64,000 nucleotides of DNA from an uncultured Dehalococcoidaceae bacterium (lineage in GTDB: Bacteria > Chloroflexota > Dehalococcoidia > Dehalococcoidales > RBG-16-60-22), in the NCBI GenBank assembly GCA_964422155.1, contig CAYQZZ010000004.1, positions 1,749 through 65,748 on the forward strand, read 5' to 3'. The position numbers and the translations under genes were made by a program. The stretch's first letter is position 1; the number at the start of each line of letters is the position of its first letter. Below, in pieces: positions 1 through 9,092 of this stretch. The notes under the pieces were generated by a model. That model was not told the DNA's origin. It made no database searches and saw nothing but the letters and a program-made list of their open reading frames with translations.

Positions 1-500
1 GGGCCGACGGTCATAACGCTCACATTCTTCCCATGCTCTGATTTTAAAGCGTCCATAGTGTCGAAAGTGGACTGGCCCCAGAGATGAGAGGCATCTTTAA
101 TTTCGACTTTACCGTCATATATATAAAGATAGACTGGTTTATCGGCTTTTCCCTGTATTGCCAGGGCGTCATAGCCGGCATATTTAAGCCAGGCACCCCA
201 CCTTTCTCCCAGATTGCAGTAGGAAAAGGTTTCCCGGTCTCCCCGGGGTGCTTTGCCGCAGATTTTCCATCTGAAACCGGCAAATCCGGGGAATCCTGTC
301 AAAGGGCCGTTGGCGGCTATGAAACAATTCTCCGGGTCGAAGGCCCCGGCCTGGGGCGGGACCATCTCCCAGTATAGTCTGGCCGCTATACCCTGCCCCC
401 CCAGGAATTTGTCCGTATAATCCGCACTTGGCTGCTTCTTAATCTTCCCATCGGATAAATTTACTTTTAAAATTTCTCCAGCATAACCATATTTAGACAT
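1..500 (-). CDS. Aldehyde:ferredoxin oxidoreductase (AOR family), N-terminal part; the 3' end runs off the window
   Basis: Absent from the ORF track because there is no in-window stop. My reverse-strand translation from the ATG at 500-498 gives MSKYGYAGEILKVNLSDGKIKKQPSADYTDKFLGGQGIAARLYWEMVPP...ANGPLTGFPG...YDALAIQGKADKPVYLYIYDGKVEIKDASHLWG. This is the typical AOR N-terminal domain and stays open to position 1. Confidence 0.75.
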   Translation of the reverse strand, partial: MSKYGYAGEILKVNLSDGKIKKQPSADYTDKFLGGQGIAARLYWEMVPPQAGAFDPENCFIAANGPLTGFPGFAGFRWKICGKAPRGDRETFSYCNLGERWGAWLKYAGYDALAIQGKADKPVYLYIYDGKVEIKDASHLWGQSTFDTMDALKSEHGKNVSVMTVG

Positions 501-560
501 TATCTAGTATCTCCTATTCTTTTTAATTCTTCTGCATAGACCGCTAGCTTACCAGCCATT

Positions 561-732
561 CTCTCTCCCCTGGGTGGGAGAGAGTTAGAGTGAGGGGGCA
601 CTCATCACCCTCACCCCATTCGCTACGCTCAGGGCAGGCTCTGCCCTCTCCCCTGCCTTCGCCGGAGCGGCTTGCCTTCGCTGAAGCTTTAGCGCAAGCA
701 GGCTACGCGCAGGCAGGCATCGAGGGAGAGGG
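561..732. repeat. GC-rich nested-hairpin intergenic repeat block
   Basis: Inverted repeats ctctctccc/gggagagag and ccctctcccctgcc/ggcaggcatcgagggagaggg. ORF 590..913 is a spurious translation of it. A related motif occurs at 36640..36745. Confidence 0.5.
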
Positions 733-805
733 ATTCTTTTTATCGATTATTGATTTATACAACCTAATACTAGTACTAAGTTGTGAAAAAGGGCGTTATT
801 ATTAC

Positions 806-892
806 CCGCTCGTGGTGAGACCTCGGCGTGAGCTCAGCCGAACGCTTGTCGAACCACGAATCCTCACCCTTCGACAAGCTCAGGGTGAGCGG
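806..892 (+). repeat. Family-B palindromic intergenic element, copy 1 (ccgctc...gtcgaacca...cccttcgacaagctca...gagcgg)
   Basis: Shares its ends and core with 48407..48526 and 57428..57523, all in the same orientation. Internal inverted repeat ttgtcgaa/ttcgacaa. Confidence 0.6.
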
Positions 893-935
893 TATCGAAC
901 TGCCCTTTTATAACGCTATTTTATGCAACCAGGTA

Positions 936-3389
936 CTAGTCATCTTTGGACTCTTCGAAAGTGGTAATCGCCACCAGCCGGTCGGTTTCATCGAGGGCCA
1001 TTACCCTGACGCCTTGCGTGCTCCGGCCCTGGGTAGTGATGCCCTTCCTGGGGTCTTCTTCCTTTACCGGCGTGCGGGTCATCATGCCTTCGGCGGATAT
1101 CAGCATGACCTGCTGTTGCAGCGTCACTACCTTGAAGGCCGTTATATCGCCGGTCTTTTCAACTATTTTAAACGTCCTTACCCCGCTGCCGGCGCGGTGC
1201 TGCTTTGGATATTGGGCCACCGGAGTAACCTTGCCATAGCCATGTTCGGTAACCACCAGCAGGTAGCCATCGGCAACGGCCCTGTCCATCCCGATAATAC
1301 CATCGCCCTGAGATATGCGCATGGCACGCACGCCACCGCTCGTCCTGGAGGCGGCCCTGAGACCGGCGACATCGAAACGTATCGATTGCCCTTTACGGGT
1401 TACGAGTATGACGTCATCCTTATCCTTGGCCAGGCAGACGGATACCAGCTGGTCACTTTGTGCCAGGTCCATGGCGATAAGCCCGCTGCTCCGCACGGCG
1501 GTAAATCTGTCCACCGCCGTCTTCTTTATCTCCCCCATCTTGGTCGCCATCACCATATAGGTACCCGGCATAAGACCGGTGGTCGCCACCATGGCCGTGA
1601 CTCTTTCTCCCTCGGTGATAGATAGCAGATTGATTATCGCCAGGCCCTTTGATGTCCGGGTGCTGCCGGCGGGTATTTCATGGCATTTCAGGTAAAAAAC
1701 CTTGCCCCGGTCGGTAAAGAAGAACAGGTCGTCGTGCGTATCGGCCACCGTCAAAATCATGACGGCATCCTCTTCCCGGGTCACCTGCCCGATGATGCCC
1801 TTGCCGCCCCGGTGCTGCAAGGCATAATGGCGCGAGGGTATCCTTTTGATGAAGCCGCGGCTGCTGAGGGTCACCACCACTCTTTCGTGGGGAATGAGGT
1901 CTTCCTCGGTAAACTCCAGCGCCCCCTGCTCGACTATTTCGGTGCGGCGTTTGTCCCCGTATTTGGACTTAAGCTCCTTCACCTCTTCCGTTATCAGGGC
2001 GAGAATTCTCCTGGGGTTGGCCAGCAGGTCTTCCAGGTAGGCGATTGTTTTCACGACCTCGGTATATTCGTCCTGTATCTTCTGCCTTTCCAGGCTGGCC
2101 AGGCGCCGTAACTGCATATCGAGGATTGCCTGCGCCTGAAGCTGTGACAGGCCGAAACGCGTCATTAGGTTCTTGCGGGCAGCTTCGGCTGTCTCGGATT
2201 CCCGGATAGTCTTGATTATCGCATCGATATTATCCAGCGCGATTCTCAGCCCTTCCAGTATGTGAGCCCGCGCCTTAGCCTGCTTTAGTTCGTATTTGGA
2301 GCGCCGGGTAATTACCTCGCGGCGGAAATCTACATAACTCTGTAGAGCCTCCCTGAGGCTGATTACCTTCGGCTGTCCGTCAACCAGAGCCAGCATGTTG
2401 ACGAAGAAAGACGACTGCATGGCGGTATATTTATACAGGTTATTGAGGACCTGCTGGGGCTGGGACTCCCTCTTAAGCTCGATGAGGATACGCATTCCCT
2501 GGCGGTCGGACTCGTCGCGCAGGTCGCTGATGCCCTCGATTTTCTTGTTTTTAACCAGCTCGGCGATATTCTCAACCAGAGCCGCCTTATTTGTCTGGTA
2601 AGGCAGCTCACTGACCACTATATTGCGGCGCCCGGCGGCGCTCACGCTGGTAATATGCGCCTTGGCACGGACCACCAGTTTGCCGTGCCCGGTGGCATAA
2701 GCATTCCTGATACCCTCCCGCCCCTGGATTATTCCTGCCGTGGGAAAATCGGGTCCCTTCACGAATTTGCCGAGTTCTTCGATAGTGGCCTGGGGATTTT
2801 CGATAAGGTAGGAAATAGCATCGCAGACCTCGCCCAGATTATGCGGGGGGATATTTGTGGCCATGCCCACGGCGATGCCGGAGCTTCCGTTCAACAGCAG
2901 GTTGGGTAATCTGGCGGGCAGCACCCTGGGTTCCTGAAGGCTGTCATCGAAGTTCGGCATGAAGTCCACGGTCTCTTTTTCGATGTCAACCAGCATCTCC
3001 TCGGCTATCTTCGCCAGGCGTGCCTCGGTATACCGCATGGCGGCGGGTGGGTCATTATCGACACTGCCGAAATTACCCTGGCCATCAACCAGGGGATAAC
3101 GCATGGAGAAGTCCTGCGCCATACGGACCATAGCGTCATATATCGAGGCATCGCCATGGGGATGATATTTACCCATTACCTCACCGACAATACGGGCGCT
3201 CTTGCGGTACGGTGTGTTGGGCCGTACCCCCATATCATTCATGGCATAGAGAATGCGCCGGTGCACCGGTTTTAATCCATCCCGTACATCCGGCAGGGCA
3301 CGGGCGACGATGACACTCATCGCATAGTCGAGGTAAGAACCTCTCATCTGGTCTTCGATATTAACCAGTCTCACGTTGCCCGATACCAT
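936..3389 (-). CDS. gyrA: DNA gyrase subunit A
   Basis: 817 aa with [19 protein letters not shown] and YHPHGD motifs and a C-terminal beta-pinwheel repeat region. Ends in TAG. Confidence 0.97.
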   Translation of the reverse strand: MVSGNVRLVNIEDQMRGSYLDYAMSVIVARALPDVRDGLKPVHRRILYAMNDMGVRPNTPYRKSARIVGEVMGKYHPHGDASIYDAMVRMAQDFSMRYPLVDGQGNFGSVDNDPPAAMRYTEARLAKIAEEMLVDIEKETVDFMPNFDDSLQEPRVLPARLPNLLLNGSSGIAVGMATNIPPHNLGEVCDAISYLIENPQATIEELGKFVKGPDFPTAGIIQGREGIRNAYATGHGKLVVRAKAHITSVSAAGRRNIVVSELPYQTNKAALVENIAELVKNKKIEGISDLRDESDRQGMRILIELKRESQPQQVLNNLYKYTAMQSSFFVNMLALVDGQPKVISLREALQSYVDFRREVITRRSKYELKQAKARAHILEGLRIALDNIDAIIKTIRESETAEAARKNLMTRFGLSQLQAQAILDMQLRRLASLERQKIQDEYTEVVKTIAYLEDLLANPRRILALITEEVKELKSKYGDKRRTEIVEQGALEFTEEDLIPHERVVVTLSSRGFIKRIPSRHYALQHRGGKGIIGQVTREEDAVMILTVADTHDDLFFFTDRGKVFYLKCHEIPAGSTRTSKGLAIINLLSITEGERVTAMVATTGLMPGTYMVMATKMGEIKKTAVDRFTAVRSSGLIAMDLAQSDQLVSVCLAKDKDDVILVTRKGQSIRFDVAGLRAASRTSGGVRAMRISQGDGIIGMDRAVADGYLLVVTEHGYGKVTPVAQYPKQHRAGSGVRTFKIVEKTGDITAFKVVTLQQQVMLISAEGMMTRTPVKEEDPRKGITTQGRSTQGVRVMALDETDRLVAITTFEESKDD

Positions 3390-3404
3390 CAGCAGCTGGA
3401 CCTC

Positions 3405-4214
3405 CTATTCATTATCGCTATCCGTGTCATCGTCCCCTCCCCCGGCTTCCTCCGGCAATACCTCAATTTCGTCACCCCCGATGATGGTATAGCCGGACTC
3501 TTCTTCGTCCTCACTCGCTGATTCCAATTTCAACAGCTTTTCGCTGGCGTAGGAACGGAACTCCTCCATCCCCTTACGCGGGAAAGATAGCTTTCTGGCC
3601 TGGCTGGGGTGCTGATATGTCTCCCTGACCATAACCGTCATCATATCGGCGGTTGACCTGACCACGATTGCCGAATACCGGTTACCGCCCAGCATCAGCC
3701 GGATAAGCCGCTGGGCATGTTTCGGCTCAACCTTTCCCAGATACTCACCACGAACATCCTCCACCACCAAGAAGGAGCCGTTCACTTTTAAATTCGCTTT
3801 GTCTCCTGCCACCGTTCGGGCGCGTTTTTCCTTGGGCGCCAATTCCTGGAGCGTGACTACCCCCGCCTTGCCAATTTCTTCTATAAAATGCTGCGGTTCT
3901 ACCTTGTCCGTCTCGACTTCGGTCTTTTCCGACTCTTTCAAATCGTTCAGGCGCCGCAGGTTCCTGTTGGCGATGGCGTTATATGGGTCCAGCTTTACCG
4001 CCAGGCGGTAGGCTTCCTTGGCCTGCGCATAGTGTCCCAACTCCATATAGGCCCTGCCCAGGCGATTGTAAGTATCGACATCTTCCGGAAAGCTCTCGAT
4101 GATTTCCTTATTGACGTCAACAGCCTCCTGCCAGTGCGCCTGCATTGCCAGGTCGATTGCCTCTTTGCTGCGCTGCTGTTTGAATCTCAGTAGTCTTTCG
4201 TCATCACGCGTCAT
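3405..4214 (-). CDS. TPR-repeat protein with acidic C-terminal tail
   Basis: 269 aa. TPR-like YNRLGRAYMELGHYAQAKEAYRLAVKLDPYNAIANRNL; C-terminal GGGDDDTDSDNE. Confidence 0.65.
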   Translation of the reverse strand: MTRDDERLLRFKQQRSKEAIDLAMQAHWQEAVDVNKEIIESFPEDVDTYNRLGRAYMELGHYAQAKEAYRLAVKLDPYNAIANRNLRRLNDLKESEKTEVETDKVEPQHFIEEIGKAGVVTLQELAPKEKRARTVAGDKANLKVNGSFLVVEDVRGEYLGKVEPKHAQRLIRLMLGGNRYSAIVVRSTADMMTVMVRETYQHPSQARKLSFPRKGMEEFRSYASEKLLKLESASEDEEESGYTIIGGDEIEVLPEEAGGGDDDTDSDNE

Positions 4215-4304
4215 TTAAGTCCCCTGAATAAAATATATAAATATATATTCTACACCAATGATATAAGTCATACAAGGGAATTAAGACACATAAAAATATC
4301 CCGT

Positions 4305-4333
4305 TTGACAAATAGCTCGGTAGTAGATACAAT
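4305..4333 (+). promoter_or_regulatory. Sigma70-like promoter for the nifU-like gene
   Basis: TTGACA, 17-nt spacer, TACAAT, about 45 nt upstream of the ATG at 4378. Confidence 0.5.
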
Positions 4334-4377
4334 CTAAATAGGAGCCTTTTATAAATTTTAAAGGAGATTAGCCTAAA

Positions 4378-4596
4378 ATGCAAGATAAAGTGAAGGATGT
4401 TCTCGATAAAGTCCGCCCGTACCTGGTAAGGGACGGGGGCAATGTGGAACTGGTAGCTATTGATGGCGGTACCGTGAAGGTAAAACTTGTCGGCGCTTGT
4501 GCCGGCTGTCCAATGTCCAAACTGACCCTCAAGAACGGGATTGAACGAATACTGAAGCAGGAAATCCCCGAAGTCAAAGAGGTAGTGGCCGTTTAA
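4378..4596 (+). CDS. NifU-like Fe-S cluster assembly domain protein
   Basis: 72 aa with the RPYLxxDGGxVELV...GACAGCPMS pattern of NifU C-terminal domains. AGGAG Shine-Dalgarno upstream. Confidence 0.8.
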   Translation: MQDKVKDVLDKVRPYLVRDGGNVELVAIDGGTVKVKLVGACAGCPMSKLTLKNGIERILKQEIPEVKEVVAV

Positions 4597-4613
4597 CCGC
4601 TTTTTCAGTAAAC

Positions 4614-5834
4614 CTAATTATCTTTGTCCAGCTCAAAAGCCCGATGCAAGGCGCGAATGGCGTCTTTTACCCTAGCCTCGTCAATAATACAGGTTATTCT
4701 TATTTCCGATGTCGTGATAAGCTGTATGTTGATGTTTTCTTTGCTGAAGGTATCGAACATGCGGGCAGCGTAACCCGGTGCATTCTGCATGCCAGTACCG
4801 ATGATGCTGACCTTCCCCAACTTCGAATCGCTGACACATTTCTCCGCACCGATAGAACGCGCTATCGGCTCAACGACCGCCATTGCTCCGGCCAGCTGGC
4901 TCCTCGCCACCGTGAAGGTAAGGTCGGTAATATTTTTTATACTGGCGTTCTGGACGATGGTATCGATACTGATTCCGGCCTCCGCCAGAGGTACGAATAT
5001 CCCCGCGGCGATACCGGGATGGTCGGGAACGCCGACCACGGTTATCTTGGCTACATCAAGGTCATGGGCTATGCCTCTCACTTTATTTCGTATTTCCATA
5101 GACACCTCTTTATGAATCAACGTACCGGGGTTCTCATTATAGCTCGAGGCGACCAGTATGGGGACGCTGAACACCTCGCCCAGCTCAACGGCGCGGGGAT
5201 GTATCGCCTTGAACCCGTAGGTCACCATCTCCAGCATTTCCTCGTAGCTTATTTCCGGTATTTTCCGAGCCTCGTTTAGAAGGCGGGGGTCGGTGGTATA
5301 AATCCCATCGACATCGGTGTACCTTTCGCATACCTTAGCCTTCAGGCTGGCGGCCAGTGCCACCGCCGTGGTATCCGAGCCACCCCTCCCCAGGGTAGTG
5401 ATATCCATGTCGTCGGTAATGCCCTGGAAGCCAGCCACAATGACGATATTACCTTTCTCCAGCTCCCTGACGATACGTGCGGGGTCGATATTGGTAATCC
5501 TCGCCCGACTATAGGCGGCATCGGTCCTGATGCCTGCCTGAAAACCGCTGAGGCTGATGGCCGCATGGCCCATGCTATGCAACGCCATTGCCAGCAGGGT
5601 GCTGGCGACTAATTCACCGGTGGAGAGCAGGACATCGAGCTCGCGCGTATCCGGCTTTCCGGTAATTTGATAAGCCAGCTTGACTAAGTCGTCGGTGGTG
5701 TCACCCATCGCGGAGACGACAACCACCACCTGGTTGCCGGCCTCCTTAGTTTTGACGATACGCCGGGCGACGTTTTTAATTTTTTCAGCATCAGCCACCG
5801 ACGAGCCGCCGTATTTCTGGACGATTAAAGGCAT
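4614..5834 (-). CDS. lysC: Aspartate kinase
   Basis: 406 aa. N-terminal VQKYGGSSV, GRGGSDTTA, two C-terminal ACT-like regions. Confidence 0.93.
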   Translation of the reverse strand: MPLIVQKYGGSSVADAEKIKNVARRIVKTKEAGNQVVVVVSAMGDTTDDLVKLAYQITGKPDTRELDVLLSTGELVASTLLAMALHSMGHAAISLSGFQAGIRTDAAYSRARITNIDPARIVRELEKGNIVIVAGFQGITDDMDITTLGRGGSDTTAVALAASLKAKVCERYTDVDGIYTTDPRLLNEARKIPEISYEEMLEMVTYGFKAIHPRAVELGEVFSVPILVASSYNENPGTLIHKEVSMEIRNKVRGIAHDLDVAKITVVGVPDHPGIAAGIFVPLAEAGISIDTIVQNASIKNITDLTFTVARSQLAGAMAVVEPIARSIGAEKCVSDSKLGKVSIIGTGMQNAPGYAARMFDTFSKENINIQLITTSEIRITCIIDEARVKDAIRALHRAFELDKDN

Positions 5835-5848
5835 GTATCTGCTTCTCC

Positions 5849-5896
5849 GTATTTACTCAGTTACTCATTTGCGCATTTACTCAAATGCTCGCTTAC
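5849..5896. repeat. Octamer-phased repeat, locus a (gtatttac|tcagttac|tcatttgc|gcatttac|tcaaatgc|tcgcttac)
   Basis: TTAC/TTGC/ATGC recurs exactly every 8 nt for 6 units. Lies 15-62 nt upstream of the lysC start. Confidence 0.6.
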
Positions 5897-6116
5897 AATT
5901 AAATAATCTCTGCAACCATGATGGTTTCCCTCTTGGTCCATAACTGGGAGATGGGAAAGGCTTTCCATACATCCGGCAGCTCTCATTGGCACATTCCCAC
6001 CAGCCTCTTTGCCGTCTACTTTTATACAGGTAATTTCCTCGACCACAAAAGGGGCAAAGCGCCTTACTACGAGGTTCTTTTTCTCCTGCCGAATATTCCT
6101 CCTCCCTGGAAGGCAT
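5877..6116 (-). CDS. Possible small zinc-ribbon protein
   Basis: 79 aa with CPFC...17 aa...CANESC. GAGAGG lies 9 nt upstream of the ATG and overlaps the apgM stop. The C-terminus overlaps the octamer repeat, so the call is uncertain. Confidence 0.3.
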   Translation of the reverse strand: MPSREEEYSAGEKEPRSKALCPFCGRGNYLYKSRRQRGWWECANESCRMYGKPFPSPSYGPRGKPSWLQRLFNCKRAFE

Positions 6117-6122
6117 CTCAAG

Positions 6123-7310
6123 TTACCTCTCTACCAACTTCCCCATTATTTTATACCCTTCCTCCACAAAAACTCCAGTTCTTTTTGCTTCGTTTTCGGT
6201 GAACCTTTTAGCACCGTTAGGTTTTATTCCCTGCCCCCAGATTAAAAATGGCACAGGTTCGGCGGTGTGTGTACGGACTGTTATCGGGGTGGGGTGGTCG
6301 GGCATAATCAGGACCCGCAAATCTTCCCCCCGACATGATAAGAGACGACTTATGACTTCTTCATCTATTTTCCGAATGGCCTCTATTTTACCGTCGATAT
6401 CGCCTTCATGGCCGGCTTCATCGGGCGCCTCGATATGGACCACCACCAGGTCGTGCTTTTTGAGAGATTCTAAAGCGCCGACCACCTGAGCAGCATTGTC
6501 GTTATCGGGACCATCGGTCACACCCTTAATATTCAGGATATCCATGCCAACCATCCTGGCCAGTCCTCTTAAGAGGTCGACCCCTGACGTCATGGCGGCA
6601 GCTAGACCATAAACCTTTTTAAAGGCGGGCATATCCGGCACCTGACCGCTGCCCCAGAAAAGCCAGATAGTGGTAACGGGCGGTTCGCCCCGTTTCTCGC
6701 GTCCTACGTTGATTTTATGACCTCTCAGCAGGGTCTCAGAGCGCGCCATGAGGTTGCGCAGGAAGTCGCTGCCCACACCCCTGGGCAGGTATTCTTTCAC
6801 GAGCCTGCCGGGGATATCGTGGGGCGGGGTACAGGTGGCTTTCAAGGTTTCCTTATGCCCTTTTATTTTTAATATATGCCGGTAGCTGACGCCGGGGTAA
6901 AATTTTACTTCATCGTTTCCGATTTCTTCATTAAGTGCCTTGATAATTTCCCCGGCCTCATCGGTGCTGATATGTCCGGCGCTGTAGTCAAACATCTTAC
7001 CGTCCCGTACCGTCACCAGGTTGCACCGAAAAACTACCTCCCTTTCGCCGATATCTATATCCAGGCTCTTTGCCTCGATAGATGCCCGACCTTTGTAATA
7101 AATCGTCGGGTCATATCCCATTACCGACATACAGGCGCAGGCGCTGCTCGGCTCTAAACCCGGTGGTACGGTACGCACCAGCCCCGATGTTCCCTCTACT
7201 GCCATCGCATCAAAGTTGGAGGTCCGGGCTAGCTCCAGGCAGGTCTGGCCGCCGCGCTCCTTTAGAGGCAGACCGGCGGCTCCATCAATTATCAGAACGC
7301 AGTATTTCAT
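6123..7310 (-). CDS. apgM: Cofactor-independent phosphoglycerate mutase, archaeal type (ApgM family)
   Basis: 395 aa with LIIDGAAG, HIEAPDEAGHEGD and MPDHPTP motifs. Confidence 0.88.
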   Translation of the reverse strand: MKYCVLIIDGAAGLPLKERGGQTCLELARTSNFDAMAVEGTSGLVRTVPPGLEPSSACACMSVMGYDPTIYYKGRASIEAKSLDIDIGEREVVFRCNLVTVRDGKMFDYSAGHISTDEAGEIIKALNEEIGNDEVKFYPGVSYRHILKIKGHKETLKATCTPPHDIPGRLVKEYLPRGVGSDFLRNLMARSETLLRGHKINVGREKRGEPPVTTIWLFWGSGQVPDMPAFKKVYGLAAAMTSGVDLLRGLARMVGMDILNIKGVTDGPDNDNAAQVVGALESLKKHDLVVVHIEAPDEAGHEGDIDGKIEAIRKIDEEVISRLLSCRGEDLRVLIMPDHPTPITVRTHTAEPVPFLIWGQGIKPNGAKRFTENEAKRTGVFVEEGYKIMGKLVER

Positions 7311-7328
7311 ATATACTTGTCAAAAAAA

Positions 7329-7368
7329 TATATTGCGCATATACTCATATACGTTATTACGCATTTAC
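7329..7368. repeat. Octamer-phased repeat, locus b (tatattgc|gcatatac|tcatatac|gttattac|gcatttac)
   Basis: Five 8-nt units, 19-58 nt upstream of the apgM start. Same phase and orientation as locus a. Confidence 0.6.
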
Positions 7369-7402
7369 GCCTTATAATATTATGTTCCCTTCCCTTCCTC
7401 CT

Positions 7403-7448
7403 GGATTCCAGCTGAAGTTTACCCCGATTTCATCGGGGCTGGAATGAC
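7403..7448 (-). repeat. Family-P head module (short copy)
   Basis: The reverse complement gtcattccagccccgatgaaatcggggtaaacttcagctggaatcc closely matches the first 46 nt of the element at 41785. Confidence 0.55.
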
Positions 7449-7492
7449 AACCTCAGTAATGGTTTCAGAGTAAAGCATTTCCTGACTTCTTC

Positions 7493-7522
7493 TTGCCTTA
7501 TTGACCTTTAGAGATTTATAAT
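7493..7522 (+). promoter_or_regulatory. Candidate promoter for tRNA-Pro
   Basis: TTGCCT, 18-nt spacer, TATAAT, ending 8 nt before the tRNA 5' end. Confidence 0.4.
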
Positions 7523-7530
7523 AAGTCCGA

Positions 7531-7609
7531 CGGGGCGTAGCGCAGTCTGGTTTAGCGCGCAGCGTTCGGGACGCTGAGGTCGGTGGTTCAAATCCACTCG
7601 CCCCGACCA
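7531..7609 (+). tRNA. tRNA-Pro (anticodon CGG), CCA encoded
   Basis: Cloverleaf folded by hand. Acceptor cggggcg/cgccccg, D stem gcgc/gcgc, anticodon stem cagcg/cgctg with loop ttCGGga, T arm ggtgg-ttcaaat-ccact, discriminator A, then CCA. Confidence 0.9.
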
Positions 7610-7613
7610 TCCT
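7589..7613 (+). repeat. Direct repeat, left copy (tRNA-Pro 3' end; att-like)
   Basis: caaatccActcgccccgaccatcct recurs at 8217..8241 with one mismatch. Confidence 0.8.
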
Positions 7614-7876
7614 CACAGTCCTTTATAAGTGCTTTCGCTCCTTCGTGCAATTCTTTCTACATAGACAATTCCGTGCTCATTATCAACGAAATAAATAACC
7701 CTATAATTCCTTACTCTTATACGATATAAATTCGTTCCTACTATCTTCTTCGAACGTATCAACCATGGTTCTTCTTCAAGAGAATGAAGTATCCCGGATA
7801 CAGCAAGAAAATCCTTTGGGTTTAGATGGAGAATTGCTTTTTCAGCCTCGCGACTAAGGACTATTTTATATTTCAC
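7613..7876 (-). CDS. RelE/ParE-family type II toxin
   Basis: 87 aa with the LYRIRVRNYRVIYFVDNEHGIVYVERIARR pattern typical of RelE/ParE. 4-nt overlap with the upstream antitoxin. AT-rich relative to its surroundings. Confidence 0.8.
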   Translation of the reverse strand: MKYKIVLSREAEKAILHLNPKDFLAVSGILHSLEEEPWLIRSKKIVGTNLYRIRVRNYRVIYFVDNEHGIVYVERIARRSESTYKGL

Positions 7877-8142
7877 CTGTCTTTATGACTTTCTTTCCAT
7901 TTGCGTTCTACTTCTTCCAGGGAAATATATTCTTGGTTTCCCTTTTTTCTTTCTCTTAAAATTTCTCGTACATCCTCATCATCTTCAATAATTTCCAGGA
8001 CGGCCTTCCTAATTAGGTTTGACATCGAAGTCCGCCGTTCGAATGCCATACGCCTTAACGCTTCATGATGTTCCTCCGTCAAGAAAATGGTCGTCCTCTT
8101 GAGAACGGTTTTTTTCTTGTTCTTAGTATTTGTAGTCGTCAT
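7873..8142 (-). CDS. Ribbon-helix-helix (CopG-like) antitoxin
   Basis: RTTIFLTEEHHEALRRMAFERRTSMSNLIRKAV is an RHH fold signature. I prefer the ATG at 8142, which has GAGGGGGTGA 5 nt upstream, over the track start at 8166. Confidence 0.75.
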   Translation of the reverse strand: MTTTNTKNKKKTVLKRTTIFLTEEHHEALRRMAFERRTSMSNLIRKAVLEIIEDDEDVREILRERKKGNQEYISLEEVERKWKESHKDR

Positions 8143-8169
8143 CTTTATCACCCCCTCGTAAATCATAGT

Positions 8170-8199
8170 AACATATAAACACTTATATGTCTATATGTT
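8170..8199. promoter_or_regulatory. Candidate TA operator (acatata / tatatgt half-sites)
   Basis: aACATATAaacactTATATGTcTATATGTt lies immediately upstream of the antitoxin start. Confidence 0.45.
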
Positions 8200-8216
8200 T
8201 ACCAAGAAATGGAGGG

Positions 8217-8241
8217 CAAATCCGCTCGCCCCGACCATCCT
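8217..8241 (+). repeat. Direct repeat, right copy (att-like)
   Basis: caaatccGctcgccccgaccatcct. Abuts the mazG stop codon at 8241-8243. Confidence 0.8.
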
Positions 8242-9068
8242 TAAACCACCCCCCTTTTCGCCTCCTCCCATAGCTCATTTTGTTCTTTGAAAGACATTTT
8301 ATCAAGGCTGAATCCGCGCTTTCGGCACAGCTCTTCCATATATGCGAAGCGTTTATAAAATCGCTGGTTCGCTTCCCTTAGCGCCGCCTCCGGGTCTACC
8401 CCCTCCCGCCGTATGATATTGGCAAGAGTAAAAAGCAGGTCGCCGTATTCCTGCGCTTTTTCTTCCTGGTTGGCCGCCTCCTGTACCTCCCTTATCTCTT
8501 CCACCAGCTTTTCGATAACCCCCTCGATGTCTTCCCAGTCGAAGCCGACCCGTGCTACCCGACGCTGAATCTCGTAAGCATAACCCAGTGCTGGCATGTT
8601 TTTCGGAACTCCCTCCAGCATGGATGCGCCCTCTTCCCGTTCCTCCCGCTTGAGGGCCTCCCAGTTGTGCATCACTTCCTCGGCATCGCTAGCTTTCCCG
8701 GAACCGAAAACATGAGGGTGGCGGTGTATTATCTTTTCCGTGATGCTTTTAATTACGTCGCCTATCTTAAATTCTTTATTATCGGCGGCAATCTGGGCGT
8801 GGAGTACAATCTGCAGCAGCAGATCGCCCAGCTCTTCGCAAAGCTTCGATGCGTCCCCTTCGTCGAGCGCCTCCAGTACCTCATAGCACTCTGACAGCAG
8901 GTTCCCCCGCAGCGTGGTATGGGTCTGCTGCCTGTCCCACGGGCATCCGTCCGGAGCACGCAGTCGGGCGATTATATCCACCAGCGCATCGAATTTTCTT
9001 AAATCCTTCGGTAAAGACAAACGTTCCTCCTCAATCATGATTATACAGGCTGAACATGGGTGGAGCAA
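8241..9068 (-). CDS. mazG: MazG nucleoside triphosphate pyrophosphohydrolase
   Basis: Tandem MazG domains (EEFGDLL-type motifs ELGDLLLQIV and EYGDLLFTL). The real start may be M11 at 9038, because a TATAAT sits just upstream of it. Confidence 0.88.
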   Translation of the reverse strand: MLHPCSACIIMIEEERLSLPKDLRKFDALVDIIARLRAPDGCPWDRQQTHTTLRGNLLSECYEVLEALDEGDASKLCEELGDLLLQIVLHAQIAADNKEFKIGDVIKSITEKIIHRHPHVFGSGKASDAEEVMHNWEALKREEREEGASMLEGVPKNMPALGYAYEIQRRVARVGFDWEDIEGVIEKLVEEIREVQEAANQEEKAQEYGDLLFTLANIIRREGVDPEAALREANQRFYKRFAYMEELCRKRGFSLDKMSFKEQNELWEEAKRGVV

Positions 9069-9092
9069 GAAAAAGAGCGTAGAGGTTTCTTA

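Noticed and set aside
590-913. 107-aa ORF (…SPSPHSLRSGQALPSPLPSP…LRQAQGERY…).
   Set aside because: It is a translation of the GC-rich palindromic repeat blocks (561-732 and family B copy 1). The same nucleotide motifs recur in other intergenic regions in non-equivalent frames.
828-3389. Numerous plus-strand ORFs overlapping gyrA (828..1625, 946..1239, 1680..2111 and others). Similar antisense ORFs lie inside lysC, fmt, dnaA, the GH gene, paaK, the Mo subunit, CotH and the AprA-like gene.
   Set aside because: They lie antisense or out of frame within long ORFs that have unmistakable conserved-family motifs. Their translations are low-complexity (Arg/Pro/Gly/Ser-rich), as is typical of shadow ORFs in GC-rich coding DNA.
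936-5834. Genome-wide reassignment of TAG, prompted by the two in-frame ambers.
   Set aside because: TAG terminates gyrA (936-938), the TPR gene (3405-3407), lysC (4614-4616) and the HdrD-like gene (15592-15594) at positions where these proteins end normally. TAG is therefore an ordinary stop here.
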